Shown: one piece after another, positions 61,791-64,000 of the stretch
Layout of the letters: each line of letters begins with the position of its first letter
Position numbering within the stretch: the stretch's first letter is position 1
Assembly (NCBI GenBank): GCA_013265495.1
Contig: MU058584.1
Span: 7,840,407-7,904,406 of the forward strand
Direction: 5' to 3'
Origin: Vicugna vicugna
Taxonomy: Eukaryota
DNA length: 64,000 nucleotides
The notes under the pieces: generated by a model
Database searches by the model: none
Seen by the model: only the letters and a program-made list of their open reading frames with translations
What the model was told of the DNA's origin: nothing
Position numbers and translations under genes: made by a program

Positions 61791-63519
61791 CTTTCTGCTT
61801 GATTCAAGAAGAAGACTGTGAGTGACAATAAAATTCAACCATTTTTTCAAGACAAGAGATGTCACTGGGTTGTAGAAATCTTCAGATCCGGTGTGGACTA
61901 GACTTAGTTTCTGGGACACAGCCAACCATTAGTTGTCCACTGATCCTGTGACATGAAGCTGTCCATCAAAATGAGCTGATGCTCCCTGTGTGTCTGAAGC
62001 ATGCAAGACACGGGGCAGGGAAGGAGAGAGATATCTATGCACAGGAAACCTCTGTATTTAATATATTTAATATGTACTTGCTCTGAGATATTTCATTAAT
62101 GGAAATGATATGCTGTCAGGCATGATGCTGGACAACTGGACAATGAGGAAGTGATACTGGATGATCACACTGTATTGGAACCCCAGGCAGGGTCCATGCC
62201 TAGCCCAGGTACACGTGGTAGCTGCAGAGTGAAAGAAAGAATGAATGAATGAATGAATGAATGAACAGATGGCTGAGTGCTAAGACAAGTGTCAGTTCCC
62301 ACTCTGTGGCTGTGAACACAGAGATCTCTCTTTGGATACACAAGTCTAGGAAGATGTGGAAAAGTGGAGAACACAGAAAATGTGTGTCTGTAAACCAGAG
62401 AAAGGGACAGTGGGATAGGAGAAGAGATTTTGAGAGGTCTTGACACTTAGCTTCTGCCCTCAAGGCCTTCTGCGAAAGGAAGGGCTTTCTGCTGCCCTCT
62501 GAGCACTTCCTCAGTATCCCACCCACCCCGCTGCCCCCCACTCTTCACTCTGTGGAGTTGGAGCGGGAACAGCAGACTCAACAGAAGGAGTGCTGGGGAA
62601 AAGCAACTGCTTTATCAGCCACAGTTACTGGGTTGTTATCTGTGTCTTTATTCTCTGCCTGGCCCTCCCCCAAGCTTCCCTCTGTCCTGCATGGTCGTGG
62701 TGATCAGCTTGTGCCCAAGGAGAGTAAGCAGGACTTTGCAGGAGGTTACACTGCTCACGTGTGTGCACACACACGTGTCAAGATGTAGGCTGCACACAAA
62801 CACACGTTAGGATGCAACTGCAAGAGCAGTACTTACTGTGCAGAAATAAGGAAGGTGCAGAGCTGTGAGGAAAGTTAATTCAAAGCTGCGAGTTGAGAGA
62901 AACCCCTACAGCTTTGTTCTCTCAGCCAAAATCCCCACCCTTAGAAGCCTGGAGCCAAGCAGTGCCCGGCCCGGGGCTGAAATCTCCCTTTCTTTACAGT
63001 CAAATTACCTTGATGTGTGAGCGATGAGATGTGTAAGGATGAAGTGCACTGTAAGATCAGGGCTCTCGTGGGTTAGAAGCTGATTGAGCCAGCTGTCAAA
63101 TGCTGTCCTGGGGGGGGGTGCATCTAGGTGTCTCAGTGTATGTGAAAACCAGTTCCGTCAGGGGAAGGGCGGACCCACTGTGGACGGCAAGATGCAAAGG
63201 TTAACCTCTGTAGTGGTGGTGGGGGCAGGTTTCTGAAGCTGGCAATAAAAAGGCAGCGAGGCTGGCCTCCATGCAGCGAGGCGTGGGACAGAAGACAGTG
63301 AGGGAGATGCCTCAGAAGGCTGACGGGGCATCTGTCAGGGGGCTGCCTCAGGGTACCTAAGCACAGGTGCCAAGGTGTGACCCAGGGAGGAGAGTCTGGG
63401 GAGGGGAGCAGGGCTTGGGAAGACAGCAGGGAGCAAAGCAGGGCCCGAGTGTCAGAGGAACGGGCATGTGGGCAGGGCCTCAAGGATAGAGGAATAAGAC
63501 CCCATTCCTGGACCCTGAA

Positions 63520-63735
63520 GATGCACAGCCTGCCTGGGTTTGAACCCAGGCTCTGCCATTTAATAATTGTGTTTATAACTTTGGAAAAATTATTTAACCT
63601 TCCTGAGCTTCCGTCTCCCTATCTGCCAATGGGGATAGTTAGCCTCACTGGGTTATATGGAGGAATCGACATGATGATCCATGTAAAGGATGTGGCTCAG
63701 TACTGAGCAGAGCGGGCACTCTGTGAATATTGATG
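63520..63735 (+). mobile_element. MIR SINE
   Basis: tgcctgggtttgaacccagggctctgccattta...atttaaccttcctgagctt. Confidence 0.8.
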
Positions 63736-64000
63736 CTCGTGGTACCTGGTAAACACATCTGTGGGCACCAGATGGTTGCTTGCTAATAAGAGCCAGGGAG
63801 TAACGTTAGAGCAGGGCCTGCAGCGAAGGTGGCAGGAGTGCAGGGCTCCTGTTACTTCCTGTTCAGAGCTCGGCCTGGTCCCAGAGCTCGGTCTGCAGCG
63901 TCACCGCCTGTCACGTGCGAGACGTTTTGGGAAGAGCGGGTGGATGGGCTCTGGAGCCAGGGGGTCACCAGAGCTGGGGGTGGCTGGCTGCTTGGATGCT

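Noticed and set aside
48101..63755. Recurring ggta(a)c(c)t(a)ggtaaac motif near 48101, 58262 and 63740
   Set aside because: Three imperfect, widely spaced copies; poor fit to the RFX consensus; cannot be separated from chance
46000..64000. Numerous 60-150 aa intergenic ORFs and possible FASLG exons
   Set aside because: No recognisable protein, no splice-consistent exon chain and no proline-rich or TNF-domain sequence; ORF density reflects higher GC
1..64000. Prokaryotic-type systems (CRISPR arrays, operons, defence islands)
   Set aside because: Mammalian intron/exon DNA; no regularly spaced repeat-spacer array seen

Overview
Mammalian nuclear DNA, most likely from a camelid (alpaca, llama or camel), judging by its tRNA-derived SINEs. 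Bases 1-41.5 kb hold the 3' part of SUCO (SUN domain-containing ossification factor; C1orf9/osteopotentia) on the + strand. I traced 15 coding exons from 1182 to the stop codon at 39922. All have GT-AG boundaries and compatible phases, and they give one uninterrupted reading frame: C-terminal half of the SUN domain, a 21-nt microexon, a 1164-nt acidic exon, coiled coil, transmembrane helix and cytosolic tail. The 3' UTR runs to AATAAA at 41483. The remainder is more GC-rich intergenic DNA (FASLG is the next gene in human, not reached here) filled with L1, L2, MIR, ERV/MaLR LTRs and DNA-transposon relics. Nearly all ORFs in the supplied track are spurious or repeat-derived. I found no new multi-gene system. 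The most unusual structures are four: a TSD-flanked insertion at 44007-44331 joining a polyadenylated RNA end to a perfect 195-bp copy of DNA from about 1 kb downstream; a TSD-flanked polyadenylated retrocopy of an ERV-derived transcript in the last SUCO intron; an L1 with a 3' transduction; and a microexon resembling a duplicate of the end of the preceding exon. Repeat family names come from recalled consensus sequences and need RepeatMasker/Dfam confirmation; many repeat boundaries are approximate.
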